Part shown: one piece after another, positions 56,400 through 64,000 of the stretch
Layout: every line of letters starts with the position of its first letter
Position numbering within the stretch: position 1 is the first letter of the stretch
IMG/VR virus record: IMGVR_UViG_3300003375_000001
Location: 96,001-160,000 of that record
Strand: one strand, 5' to 3'
DNA length: 64,000 nucleotides
DNA from: a virus
Lineage: Duplodnaviria; Caudoviricetes
Translations under genes and position numbers: made by a program
Notes under the pieces: generated by a model
Seen by the model: the letters and a program-made list of their open reading frames with translations, nothing else
Told to the model about the DNA's origin: nothing
The model's database searches: none

Positions 56400-56695
56400 A
56401 AGACCCCAACTCTAAGTATAACGCTCAGGTTATAGAAAGAGCCTTTGCTATTATCAACGTCCTGAAAGACGGTAGAGAAATTGCTCTTAAAGACCTCGCA
56501 GTCCTAGCCAACATCAATCCTAGTACAACCCATAGAATACTAGCTGACCTAGTCACCTCAGGTATGGTTATGACTAAAGGAAAGTGGATTGGCGTCTACT
56601 CAATAAACCCATATTACTTTACTTCGTTTATAAAACACCCAGAAGCACCAGCTAACGTAGGACAGGAGTCTGTATGCAAACCAACGGAAGACTGA
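56396..56695 (+). CDS. stand-alone IclR-type HTH protein
   Basis: QVIERAFAII..L...IALKDLA...NINPSTTHRILADLV matches the IclR DNA-binding domain; no effector domain. Confidence 0.75.
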   Translation: MKDPNSKYNAQVIERAFAIINVLKDGREIALKDLAVLANINPSTTHRILADLVTSGMVMTKGKWIGVYSINPYYFTSFIKHPEAPANVGQESVCKPTED

Positions 56696-56961
56696 CTTCG
56701 TTTACCAAATCAGACTTTCCAGTAAGCACACTCGCTCGCCTTACCTACAGCCCCGCGCTCAATAGTCCTAACCTTGGAGCCATAGTAGCTATATTAGGCT
56801 ATGACTCTCGACCTACTAACCTGATCCAGATAGTTAAGGCTGATAGTACGTGTTTAATAGGCTTAGAAAACGTTCCAGGTGGAATAGCCTATGCTAGGCC
56901 TGAATGGCTGGAACCCGTTACTACTGAGGAGTATCATGAAAGTCGTAAAAAGCACCCCTAG
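56674..56961 (+). CDS. hypothetical protein
   Basis: AGGAG RBS. Confidence 0.6.
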   Translation: MQTNGRLTSFTKSDFPVSTLARLTYSPALNSPNLGAIVAILGYDSRPTNLIQIVKADSTCLIGLENVPGGIAYARPEWLEPVTTEEYHESRKKHP

Positions 56962-57139
56962 GCCTGATGGTAAGGTTAGAGTTACCATCGACCTAGATCC
57001 TGAGGAAGAGGTAACGGTAATTAAAGAGGATAGGCACTATAAGTTACCTTATCCTTTAGACGACGTAGTTCTTGACGGTCGTCACCTAAAAGAGGCTACT
57101 CCTGTGCACTGGTGTGTCCTCGAACAGAAATGGATTTGA
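56936..57139 (+). CDS. hypothetical protein
   Basis: GAGGAG RBS before ATG 56936. Confidence 0.65.
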   Translation: MKVVKSTPRPDGKVRVTIDLDPEEEVTVIKEDRHYKLPYPLDDVVLDGRHLKEATPVHWCVLEQKWI

Positions 57140-57140
57140 T

Positions 57141-57413
57141 ATGTTCCTATCAAACAAGCCTGACGCGTTAACCGACGTCGTGTACGGGGTAAAAGTTTAC
57201 GTGTCTGAAGACCTACCTAAAAAGACGCTCTCCGAAGAGGTTATACCTGGGGTTGTGCCTTGGCCGCCTGGCTTCAAGGAAGAGATAGATGCCTGGATGA
57301 TAAGTTTCTTTGGCACGTATAACAACGTTAAAGACGGCGAGATAATAAAAACGGTATATGGACTTCATATGAATCCCCGCACGCGAGAGAAAGTTAGGGA
57401 AGCTATAAGATAG
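57141..57413 (+). CDS. hypothetical protein
   Basis: Abutting ORF; start may be GTG 57114. Confidence 0.6.
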   Translation: MFLSNKPDALTDVVYGVKVYVSEDLPKKTLSEEVIPGVVPWPPGFKEEIDAWMISFFGTYNNVKDGEIIKTVYGLHMNPRTREKVREAIR

Positions 57414-57424
57414 CAGCAAAAGTC

Positions 57425-58048
57425 ATGAGGGGCTACTTTTTATTCTTAGGTGGACCGGCTGACGGTGATTGGATCAGTGCAGACGACAACAGGGAACACT
57501 GGCGGGTTACTGATGTAGGTGACAAGCCTTCTATGTCCTACACGACAGTAATATATACTAGAACGCACCTCGCAGAAAAGAAAGACGACTGCTTTGACCC
57601 GCGATTCTTTACCGTCTACCTGACGGGCTATACAGAAAAGCCTGACCCTATAAGCCGTCTGTTAAACGGATACCAGGGCGTAGGTAGGTTACACACTATT
57701 AAAGGCGAGTGTTTGTTTATAGGCGGCGAGCACGCGGACGAGTGGATCTCCGTTGACCTTGACAGCCCCTACATTCAGATAAACTACCTTGACAGCCCTC
57801 TCATAAGATACGGCTATGTCCAGTTCTGTACTTTACCTGACACTAAACCTACTCGGACTGTAAGTGTACCTAATGGAGATACTGTATACGCCGTTCCTGA
57901 ACCCGAATTTGTGTTCCCTAGCCGTGTGTATAAGCGACTCGTCATGAAAGAGAATGACAAGACTTTTACCGTGTACGTGTGCGTGAAAGAATTCCCTACC
58001 ACGTTCGTCACCGACGTACTAATAACTGGATACAGAAAGGTTAAATAA
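57425..58048 (+). CDS. hypothetical protein with an internally duplicated domain
   Basis: FLFLGGPADGDWISAD and CLFIGGEHADEWISVD. Confidence 0.7.
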   Translation: MRGYFLFLGGPADGDWISADDNREHWRVTDVGDKPSMSYTTVIYTRTHLAEKKDDCFDPRFFTVYLTGYTEKPDPISRLLNGYQGVGRLHTIKGECLFIGGEHADEWISVDLDSPYIQINYLDSPLIRYGYVQFCTLPDTKPTRTVSVPNGDTVYAVPEPEFVFPSRVYKRLVMKENDKTFTVYVCVKEFPTTFVTDVLITGYRKVK

Positions 58049-58179
58049 TGCACTACTTTTGGTTTTGGTTCTTTAGGCCCATAGGTACATTCCTTGGCGA
58101 CCTGTTCCTAGTTCTTTTGCTAGCCGCAATCTTTGTAGCTTGGATCTTGTGGAGAACTCGCAAGTACTCCCGTAAATGA
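58048..58179 (+). CDS. 43-aa membrane protein (not in the ORF track)
   Basis: TAATG-coupled; MHYFWFWFFRPIGTFLGDLFLVLLLAAIFVAWILWRTRKYSRK. Confidence 0.55.
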   Translation: MHYFWFWFFRPIGTFLGDLFLVLLLAAIFVAWILWRTRKYSRK

Positions 58180-58203
58180 TGCAGTCACGTTTGACCACTA
58201 AAC

Positions 58204-58244
58204 AAAAAGGCCCGCTAACTCATCTGTAGTTAGCGGGCCTTTTT
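58204..58244. terminator. bidirectional intrinsic terminator
   Basis: AAAAAGGCCCGCTAACT-7 nt-AGTTAGCGGGCCTTTTT between convergent gene blocks. Confidence 0.92.
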
Positions 58245-58930
58245 CATTCTTCACTGCTTTTATGAATAAGGTACTGTAGCTCGAATTCGTCAGCCCCTAG
58301 TTCCTCTATAGCTTTCTCTATACCTATCTCCTTAGCCTTTATAGCGTGCTCTCGAAGCTTGGTAGCAAACTCGTTTCTTAGCAAAACGTCTAACGCGTTT
58401 ATTCCTGTAGTGGGAACCTTGCTAGTCTTCCCACTTAAGTAATTCCATACAGCCTTTTGTAGCTTAGACCTAGCGTCCTTGTCTGCAACCCTGTAGAACA
58501 AGGTGTGGCATCTTTGTACCACAGACGTATCCGTCACGTATATGCCTTTAACGTTCGCCATGTTATCAGTTAGCCTAGCAAACATAGGCGCGGCAGTTAG
58601 CAAGTTATCAAAGGATAGAACGTCTTGCTTGTCTACGTCGTCCTTAGCCCATACCGGTAGCTGGGCTTCCTCTAACAATAGAGGGTTACCTGCAACGAAT
58701 ACACAGTATCGGAAGCCCGACCGTATAAGTCTTTCCTGCACTCCAAAGAAGGCGTACGCATCTTGACACAGTACCAATCGTGTAGCTGTGAACATGCGTT
58801 TCTTACTAGGCTTAGTGACTTTACACTCGCCTTGTGTAGAAACAAACAGGAACGAAGCACCTAATGCTTCGAACATAAAGGTCCAGTGTAGTTTTGTTGC
58901 ACCTGGACACCCAAACACTCCAACTATCAT
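58244..58930 (-). CDS. hypothetical protein (replication block)
   Basis: ATGA-coupled to the SbcC-like gene. Confidence 0.7.
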   Translation of the reverse strand: MIVGVFGCPGATKLHWTFMFEALGASFLFVSTQGECKVTKPSKKRMFTATRLVLCQDAYAFFGVQERLIRSGFRYCVFVAGNPLLLEEAQLPVWAKDDVDKQDVLSFDNLLTAAPMFARLTDNMANVKGIYVTDTSVVQRCHTLFYRVADKDARSKLQKAVWNYLSGKTSKVPTTGINALDVLLRNEFATKLREHAIKAKEIGIEKAIEELGADEFELQYLIHKSSEE

Positions 58931-61095
58931 GCAGCCTTCTTTCTGGACACTGGCGCTGTCCTGTGCTTACCTGGAACTATCTTGCTTTCTGACCCTTGCT
59001 TTATAACGGTATAGTATTTAACTTGATCTCCGTAGTTGTCTTCCGTTCTAGGCGTGATGATAACTATGTGAGGAATGACCTGGTTGAGTGTAGGTAAGAA
59101 CCTAACGAAGCTACTAGTCATCTCCGCACTGAAGTTTGCGTTAAACTCGTCCAGGATAAGTATGTTAGGTCTCTTAGCTGGAGGAACAAACGTTAGCAGG
59201 CTCATAGTCAGCACTAGGTTAAAACAGGAAGCTTCAGCACCTGATAACTTTCGCACGTCCGACGCTATAGCTTTACCTCCGACATTACGGGACACCGTTA
59301 TGGAGAACTGGGTCTGTAGGTCGAACGTGAAGTCATAGTCTTCTGGCAACAATAACTTGCTATACTTATTAACCTGTTCTTCCAACTTGCTACACAGGCC
59401 CTGGATGATTATCTGCTTGATGCTACCTGCGCGATCACCGGAGAACGCTTTCTCCATCACGTCTAAAACCTCAAGCTCGTCTAGCTCTACACTCAAGGCT
59501 TTAATGCGTGCGCTTAACTCTGAACCTTCTTTGTTCAAGGCCTCTGCGCGCATGAGGTCAGATTCAAGCTTTGAGACTACCTCTGTCGCTTTGGTAGCGT
59601 CTCGGAGAGCCTCTTCATATTCGCCTTCTCTAAGAGGTTGAAAGTTATCCTCTTTGATAACATCGCTGAATCCCGACTGAGCCACTGTCTCAATGGCTCT
59701 TAGAATGGTCCTTATCTTGCTCTGCCGTTCGTGTAGGCTTTCAACGTCTATGCCTGGGGGTAGAGCCTTTAGCCCCTCTGGTCTAGTCACCTTCTCGGGT
59801 TCCTTTGGACCATTAGACAAAAGGTCTATCTTAGCCTGTAGCCTAGCCAGCTTCTTTGAAGGTTCCGGCATGACAGGTTTTTCCCCAACGTCAATACCGG
59901 CTATGGCTTCTTCCAACTCTGCTACTTCTGCCTTAAGGTCGGCGCGCTCTTTGTTGTAGTGTTTGTTGGTAACTGGCTGCCCGCATTTAGAACAGTCACC
60001 TTCCCGTTTTAGCGAATTTAGGCTATTTCTAACCTTTTCTAGTTTAGCCTCAAAATCGGCCTTTTTCGACACTCTTTGGTCATAGCTGCGCAATTCATCA
60101 TAATGCGCTTTTTCTGCTTGTTTAATAGTCCCCAGAAGGCTCTGAACACCCTTCTTTGCCTCTTCGGCATCGAAGTCAGTTAACTCATTCTCGGATAAGT
60201 AGTTTTGATACGCTTCAAGTCTTTTCCCGTATAAGGCGCATTCAGCCTTATACTCGTTAATGGCAGAGGCCATTGTCAGCCAGGCTTTAACCTGACGGAG
60301 TTCCTTACGTAGCTTGTCCGCTGTGGAGTCATACTTGCGAAACAGTTTAACGGACAGCTCGTTGGCTTCTATAAAAGAAGATACTTGGTCGATGCGTCGA
60401 AGGTCTTCAAGCCTCGCCATCGTACCTTGAGCTTTGGCATTAGCATCCAGCAAGGCTAGACGAATAGCCTTTGCGTCCAACCCTGCCTTCTGCTCTTTCA
60501 ATACGGACATGCGAGACTTTAGCTCCTCAAACACCAGGGCCTTGGCTCTAAGCTCGTCCTTGTCTTTCTTTACCAGTTTCTTTATCTCATCTGCCGCCGC
60601 CAGATCGAAGAAGCCTGTAAAGAACTTGCGCCTTACCGCAGTATCCCCTGTGCGGATTAGATGAGTCTTTGTGTTGTCCAAGTACATAAGCAGAGACAGC
60701 ACATCGGTAGAGTAACCACCTATGATTCTCTCAGCGTAGTCACGCGCGTCGGACAAGGTATGTATGTCTAACTTCACTCCATTCTTGGCAATAAGAAGTT
60801 TCTCAGGCGACTTATACACCCGACGAATCTTGTACTCTGTACTACCTACCTTAACACCTACTTCAGTGAAGCCTGTTCTTAGTCTGTCCTTTGGGTTAGT
60901 GAACTCCCGGCTAGGAGCTACGGTCTCCATGATCTGAGAAAAGAACAGAGACTTGCCTACGAAATTTGTATTGCCGGTCTTACCACTGTTAGTGTTAAGA
61001 CCCAAAATAGCAGAAATCCCTTTCTGCGACAGATCAAACTTCTGATCCTTGAAGAAAGGGATTCCTTTGACATGAATATACTGGTACTCGCGCAT
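58927..61095 (-). CDS. sbcC: SbcC/Rad50 (gp46-like) ATPase
   Basis: Walker A with insertion (GLN...VGKS), coiled coils, CSKC zinc hook, LSGAE signature, LILDE Walker B. Confidence 0.9.
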   Translation of the reverse strand: MREYQYIHVKGIPFFKDQKFDLSQKGISAILGLNTNSGKTGNTNFVGKSLFFSQIMETVAPSREFTNPKDRLRTGFTEVGVKVGSTEYKIRRVYKSPEKLLIAKNGVKLDIHTLSDARDYAERIIGGYSTDVLSLLMYLDNTKTHLIRTGDTAVRRKFFTGFFDLAAADEIKKLVKKDKDELRAKALVFEELKSRMSVLKEQKAGLDAKAIRLALLDANAKAQGTMARLEDLRRIDQVSSFIEANELSVKLFRKYDSTADKLRKELRQVKAWLTMASAINEYKAECALYGKRLEAYQNYLSENELTDFDAEEAKKGVQSLLGTIKQAEKAHYDELRSYDQRVSKKADFEAKLEKVRNSLNSLKREGDCSKCGQPVTNKHYNKERADLKAEVAELEEAIAGIDVGEKPVMPEPSKKLARLQAKIDLLSNGPKEPEKVTRPEGLKALPPGIDVESLHERQSKIRTILRAIETVAQSGFSDVIKEDNFQPLREGEYEEALRDATKATEVVSKLESDLMRAEALNKEGSELSARIKALSVELDELEVLDVMEKAFSGDRAGSIKQIIIQGLCSKLEEQVNKYSKLLLPEDYDFTFDLQTQFSITVSRNVGGKAIASDVRKLSGAEASCFNLVLTMSLLTFVPPAKRPNILILDEFNANFSAEMTSSFVRFLPTLNQVIPHIVIITPRTEDNYGDQVKYYTVIKQGSESKIVPGKHRTAPVSRKKAA

Positions 61096-61098
61096 GCG

Positions 61099-61716
61099 TT
61101 ACTCTGGACAAAGTTCTCTTAGATCATCAGCCTTTAGTGGTGTCATTACTTTTACGTTGAACACCTGATAGTGAACGTCCTCAGACCAGATTGTTTCACT
61201 AAGAGCCTTATGAACAGCCAAAGTAAAGTTACCATTCACGTCAACCTCAACACCTTGATCTGGTACTAGGACGCTGACTACACGTTGGTCAACGTCAGTG
61301 TAGGATACCTTATAAACAAAGCTGTCATAGTGCTTACCTATGGTTACACTAACAACAGGTTTACCGTCAACATACATTCGGTAGTCGGTGTTGGACCACG
61401 GAATGTTGTCAAACAACGTATTCAGTCTGACCGGGGGCAGTTGTACCTGCAAAGTCAGAATACATTCCGCCAGGTATCCTGAAGCGTGTCTTATCAAGGC
61501 ATTGGTACACGCCCAGTCTCCTGAAGGCACTGACAAAAGTTCCTGTTGAGGTACAACGTAGTTAAGCCCTCCCGCCGATAGGCAGACTACACCTTCTTTA
61601 GCTATCTCACGCGCAAAGGGGTAACGACTAGGTTCGAAAGTAAAAAGGTCAGCCTTCGTTACGAGGTAACCGTTAGCCAGCACTGTGTGGGTCTGCAAGA
61701 ACTTCATTAGCTTCAT
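61099..61716 (-). CDS. hypothetical protein
   Basis: Abutting ORF in the replication block. Confidence 0.7.
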   Translation of the reverse strand: MKLMKFLQTHTVLANGYLVTKADLFTFEPSRYPFAREIAKEGVVCLSAGGLNYVVPQQELLSVPSGDWACTNALIRHASGYLAECILTLQVQLPPVRLNTLFDNIPWSNTDYRMYVDGKPVVSVTIGKHYDSFVYKVSYTDVDQRVVSVLVPDQGVEVDVNGNFTLAVHKALSETIWSEDVHYQVFNVKVMTPLKADDLRELCPE

Positions 61717-61718
61717 GA

Positions 61719-62849
61719 TCAGGCTACCTTTAAGATAGACTTAAGAGCTTCGATGGTATCAAAGCTAAATGTGCTAACAGCCATCTGTTCAGGAATAGCA
61801 AACGTTTGAACCTGAGACTGAAGACGCGCTATAGCCGATTGAACAAAACCGAATGCGCGCATGCGCACAGTAACGTCTTCCGCTTCAAGCAAAGTTGCTA
61901 CTTGAGCCTTCAGAGCATAGGACGACTTATTACCCCACACCTTGGGGTGCTTTGCGCCTTTCAGCACCGCGTCGTTCAGTAGGAACCAGTTAAGGTAACT
62001 AAGCTTGCGCACGAAACCAAACCCGTCTTCTATGTCAAGAATAGTGCGTTGAGCCGCACCAAACTTTTTCGCATACACGGCAATAAGAAGTTTCACAGCA
62101 GCCGCGTCGTCGTTAGAACTTGCAGCCGCTATAGCAGCCTCAACTGCGTCACCTGATATCTTGTCTGGCTTGTCTTCAAGCCCGTTATAGTATGCGGCTA
62201 CGCCTTCAATGAGGTTGGCCAGTGTCCTCATCTCCTTGTTAGACTGCTCCACTATTTTGTCGCGTAGTTCTTTGGTAAAGAAAGTGAAACCTTCACCCTT
62301 TATGATACGCCCAGCTTGTTTTTTCAGGTCATCCTCAGATGGCGGTTTCAGATGGAATTGCATACTGCGGTTAAGCATAGCAACACCGTTTTTGTTGGTC
62401 GAGAACTTATCCGGGTCCATACTACCCAGTATCCAAGTAGTAGACTTTGGCGGTTCTTCCAGGGGCTTCAGCAGTGCAGCCGCGGCTTGAGGATTACTAA
62501 GTATGCCTTGAGCTTCATCGGCCATAACAAAGCGTCGGATCTTGCTAACAGGCCTCAGCTTTGAAATGCCGATCATGTTACGGACGTCTTCTATGGTCTT
62601 GTTGTCTGTACCATTCAGCTCGAACCAATCGGGGTTGCCGTCTTCTACTGGCTTACCCAAAACCGTAGATGCGAACGCACGAGCTAGCGTGGTCTTGCCT
62701 ACGGAAGACGGGCCGAAGAAGGCAATAGCTGAAGGATACTTGCCAGAAGCTATGATACCCTTCAACTTGCTTACGGCTTGTTCGTGACCGACCACGTCGT
62801 CAAGGGTTAGAGGACGATACTTTAAGTGAAGTGCAGAATGATCAGACAT
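61719..62849 (-). CDS. dnaX: DnaX (gamma/tau)-like clamp loader subunit
   Basis: LKYRP.TLDDVVGHE, GPSSVGKTTLAR, DEAQ, LLKPLEEPP. Confidence 0.85.
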   Translation of the reverse strand: MSDHSALHLKYRPLTLDDVVGHEQAVSKLKGIIASGKYPSAIAFFGPSSVGKTTLARAFASTVLGKPVEDGNPDWFELNGTDNKTIEDVRNMIGISKLRPVSKIRRFVMADEAQGILSNPQAAAALLKPLEEPPKSTTWILGSMDPDKFSTNKNGVAMLNRSMQFHLKPPSEDDLKKQAGRIIKGEGFTFFTKELRDKIVEQSNKEMRTLANLIEGVAAYYNGLEDKPDKISGDAVEAAIAAASSNDDAAAVKLLIAVYAKKFGAAQRTILDIEDGFGFVRKLSYLNWFLLNDAVLKGAKHPKVWGNKSSYALKAQVATLLEAEDVTVRMRAFGFVQSAIARLQSQVQTFAIPEQMAVSTFSFDTIEALKSILKVA

Positions 62850-62868
62850 GTCGTGTAAGGAAGTAGGG

Positions 62869-63120
62869 TTAGAAAAACTTGGCTAGTTCATCTGGAGTAA
62901 ACGAGTCAGGTGAGTGTAACGAGTAGCCTTCGCTAGTGTGCTCAGTAGGATTGCCATCGAGCCTGAACTTGTAGTTTACACCAGTCGGCGGATGCCGGAC
63001 TACTACGCGCTCTCCATTGACTTGCTCAATCTTAACGCTTAACAGTCCATTGAACTTGGTCTTAACTACAGCCCGGTTGAGGCTAGCCCAGTCTGTTTTA
63101 GCTACCACTTGCTTACTCAT
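62869..63120 (-). CDS. hypothetical protein
   Basis: ATGA-coupled to the SbcD-like gene. Confidence 0.6.
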   Translation of the reverse strand: MSKQVVAKTDWASLNRAVVKTKFNGLLSVKIEQVNGERVVVRHPPTGVNYKFRLDGNPTEHTSEGYSLHSPDSFTPDELAKFF

Positions 63121-64000
63121 GCGGATACCTTCTCTTGATAGAGTTTGAACTTTGCCTTCACTCTTTCGGCTAGGGCTTTAGAGACCTTGTTATTCGTCAG
63201 CCAGTCTGACAGAATCTCATCGTGTCTTATAAGAACTTCAGAGCTAACATCATCCAAAACAAGTTCCTCAATGATCAAAGCTTTCAATTCTTCCTTGTTA
63301 GCGAAGTAGTTGGTCTTGACAACGTTAGGCTTACCGTTGAAAGCTCCGTTAGGTAATATCACCGACTTCTTGACAAATACCTTGTAAAGTACGTAAGGAT
63401 CGTCTTCCAGCTCATCTATCTCACTAGCCTTTGATATTACCTTGTTGACTAAAGTATACGTTGGCTTGTGAGGAACTAGTTCAACAGAGGACGTCTTAAT
63501 ATTCCCTGTCCACTTAATGTGATGAAAGAACTTTTCTTGAGGCTCACCAAATGATACCTGGTAAGTCGTACCGGAGAAGTGAGAGTTGCGAACTGACTGT
63601 GCCTTGTGTACGTGGCCAACAACACACAAGTGGTTAGTCAAGAAGCCTCCGGTTACCTGTCTACCTGTCTCCCACGTTGTTCCTGCAGCCTCTGTGTGCA
63701 TAACGTTGAGACAGTCCTTACGTGTTTCTTTCGCAGGCCAGGGCAGAAGGTTAACAGGAGTGGCTGTGTCTTCAAATAGCACCTCTGGCTTCAAGGCTAC
63801 GTGAAGGTTAGGTATGGCTTTATTGTCACTTAGAAACTTCAAGTAGTCAAGGCTACAATTCTCAGAGTCCATAACATCGTGGTTGCCTTTGATGATAATG
63901 AACTCTATGTGAGGGTTGCTTAAAAAGACTTCAGTCAGTCGGATGTGAGCATCCGCAGACATTACAGGCCCGTCACATATGTCACCATACAGGATAACAG
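63117..64000 (-). CDS. sbcD: SbcD/Mre11 (gp47-like) nuclease, 5'-truncated
   Basis: Frame open to the window edge (VILYGDICD), then KGNHD, MH, VGHVH. Confidence 0.85.
   Translation of the reverse strand, partial: VILYGDICDGPVMSADAHIRLTEVFLSNPHIEFIIIKGNHDVMDSENCSLDYLKFLSDNKAIPNLHVALKPEVLFEDTATPVNLLPWPAKETRKDCLNVMHTEAAGTTWETGRQVTGGFLTNHLCVVGHVHKAQSVRNSHFSGTTYQVSFGEPQEKFFHHIKWTGNIKTSSVELVPHKPTYTLVNKVISKASEIDELEDDPYVLYKVFVKKSVILPNGAFNGKPNVVKTNYFANKEELKALIIEELVLDDVSSEVLIRHDEILSDWLTNNKVSKALAERVKAKFKLYQEKVSA

Noticed and set aside
302-58053. Minus-strand ORFs in the track opposite + strand genes (e.g. 6969-7496, 14028-14585, 26520-26987)
   Set aside because: Antisense shadows of well-supported genes, without RBS or motifs
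58503-63804. Plus-strand ORFs within the minus-strand replication block
   Set aside because: Short shadows of the SbcC-, DnaX- and SbcD-like genes
1-64000. tRNA or rRNA genes
   Set aside because: No intergenic gap shows a cloverleaf or T-loop GTTCRA pattern; tRNAscan-SE would be needed to exclude them fully

Overview
Gene-dense segment of a large (jumbo-type) lytic dsDNA phage genome. A betaproteobacterial host is inferred only from host-like TPR, CRP and IclR sequences. Bases 1-58.2 kb are all + strand. They start with a virion block (portal-like, prohead protease-like, fibre/decoration proteins, beta-helix spike), then nucleases and a long run of small accessory genes with ligA, a PspA module and thyA. 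A 12-kb cluster (29.2-41.3 kb) follows, in which 7-deazaguanine genes (queD, second T-fold, dpdA-like, queE, folE; no queC in the window) enclose an APS-kinase-like gene, a sulfotransferase-like gene, three glycosyltransferase-like genes, a radical SAM protein, a PIG-L deacetylase and a HAD phosphatase. A second accessory run carries host-like regulators. After a bidirectional terminator at 58.2 kb, a - strand replication/repair block encodes SbcD-, DnaX- and SbcC-like proteins. The best candidate for a new system is the deazaguanine plus glyco/sulfo cluster. An HNH element inside it appears to have displaced and replaced the 5' end of its target gene. No tRNA, rRNA or CRISPR array was seen. 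All protein calls rest on motifs recognised by eye; no searches were run.
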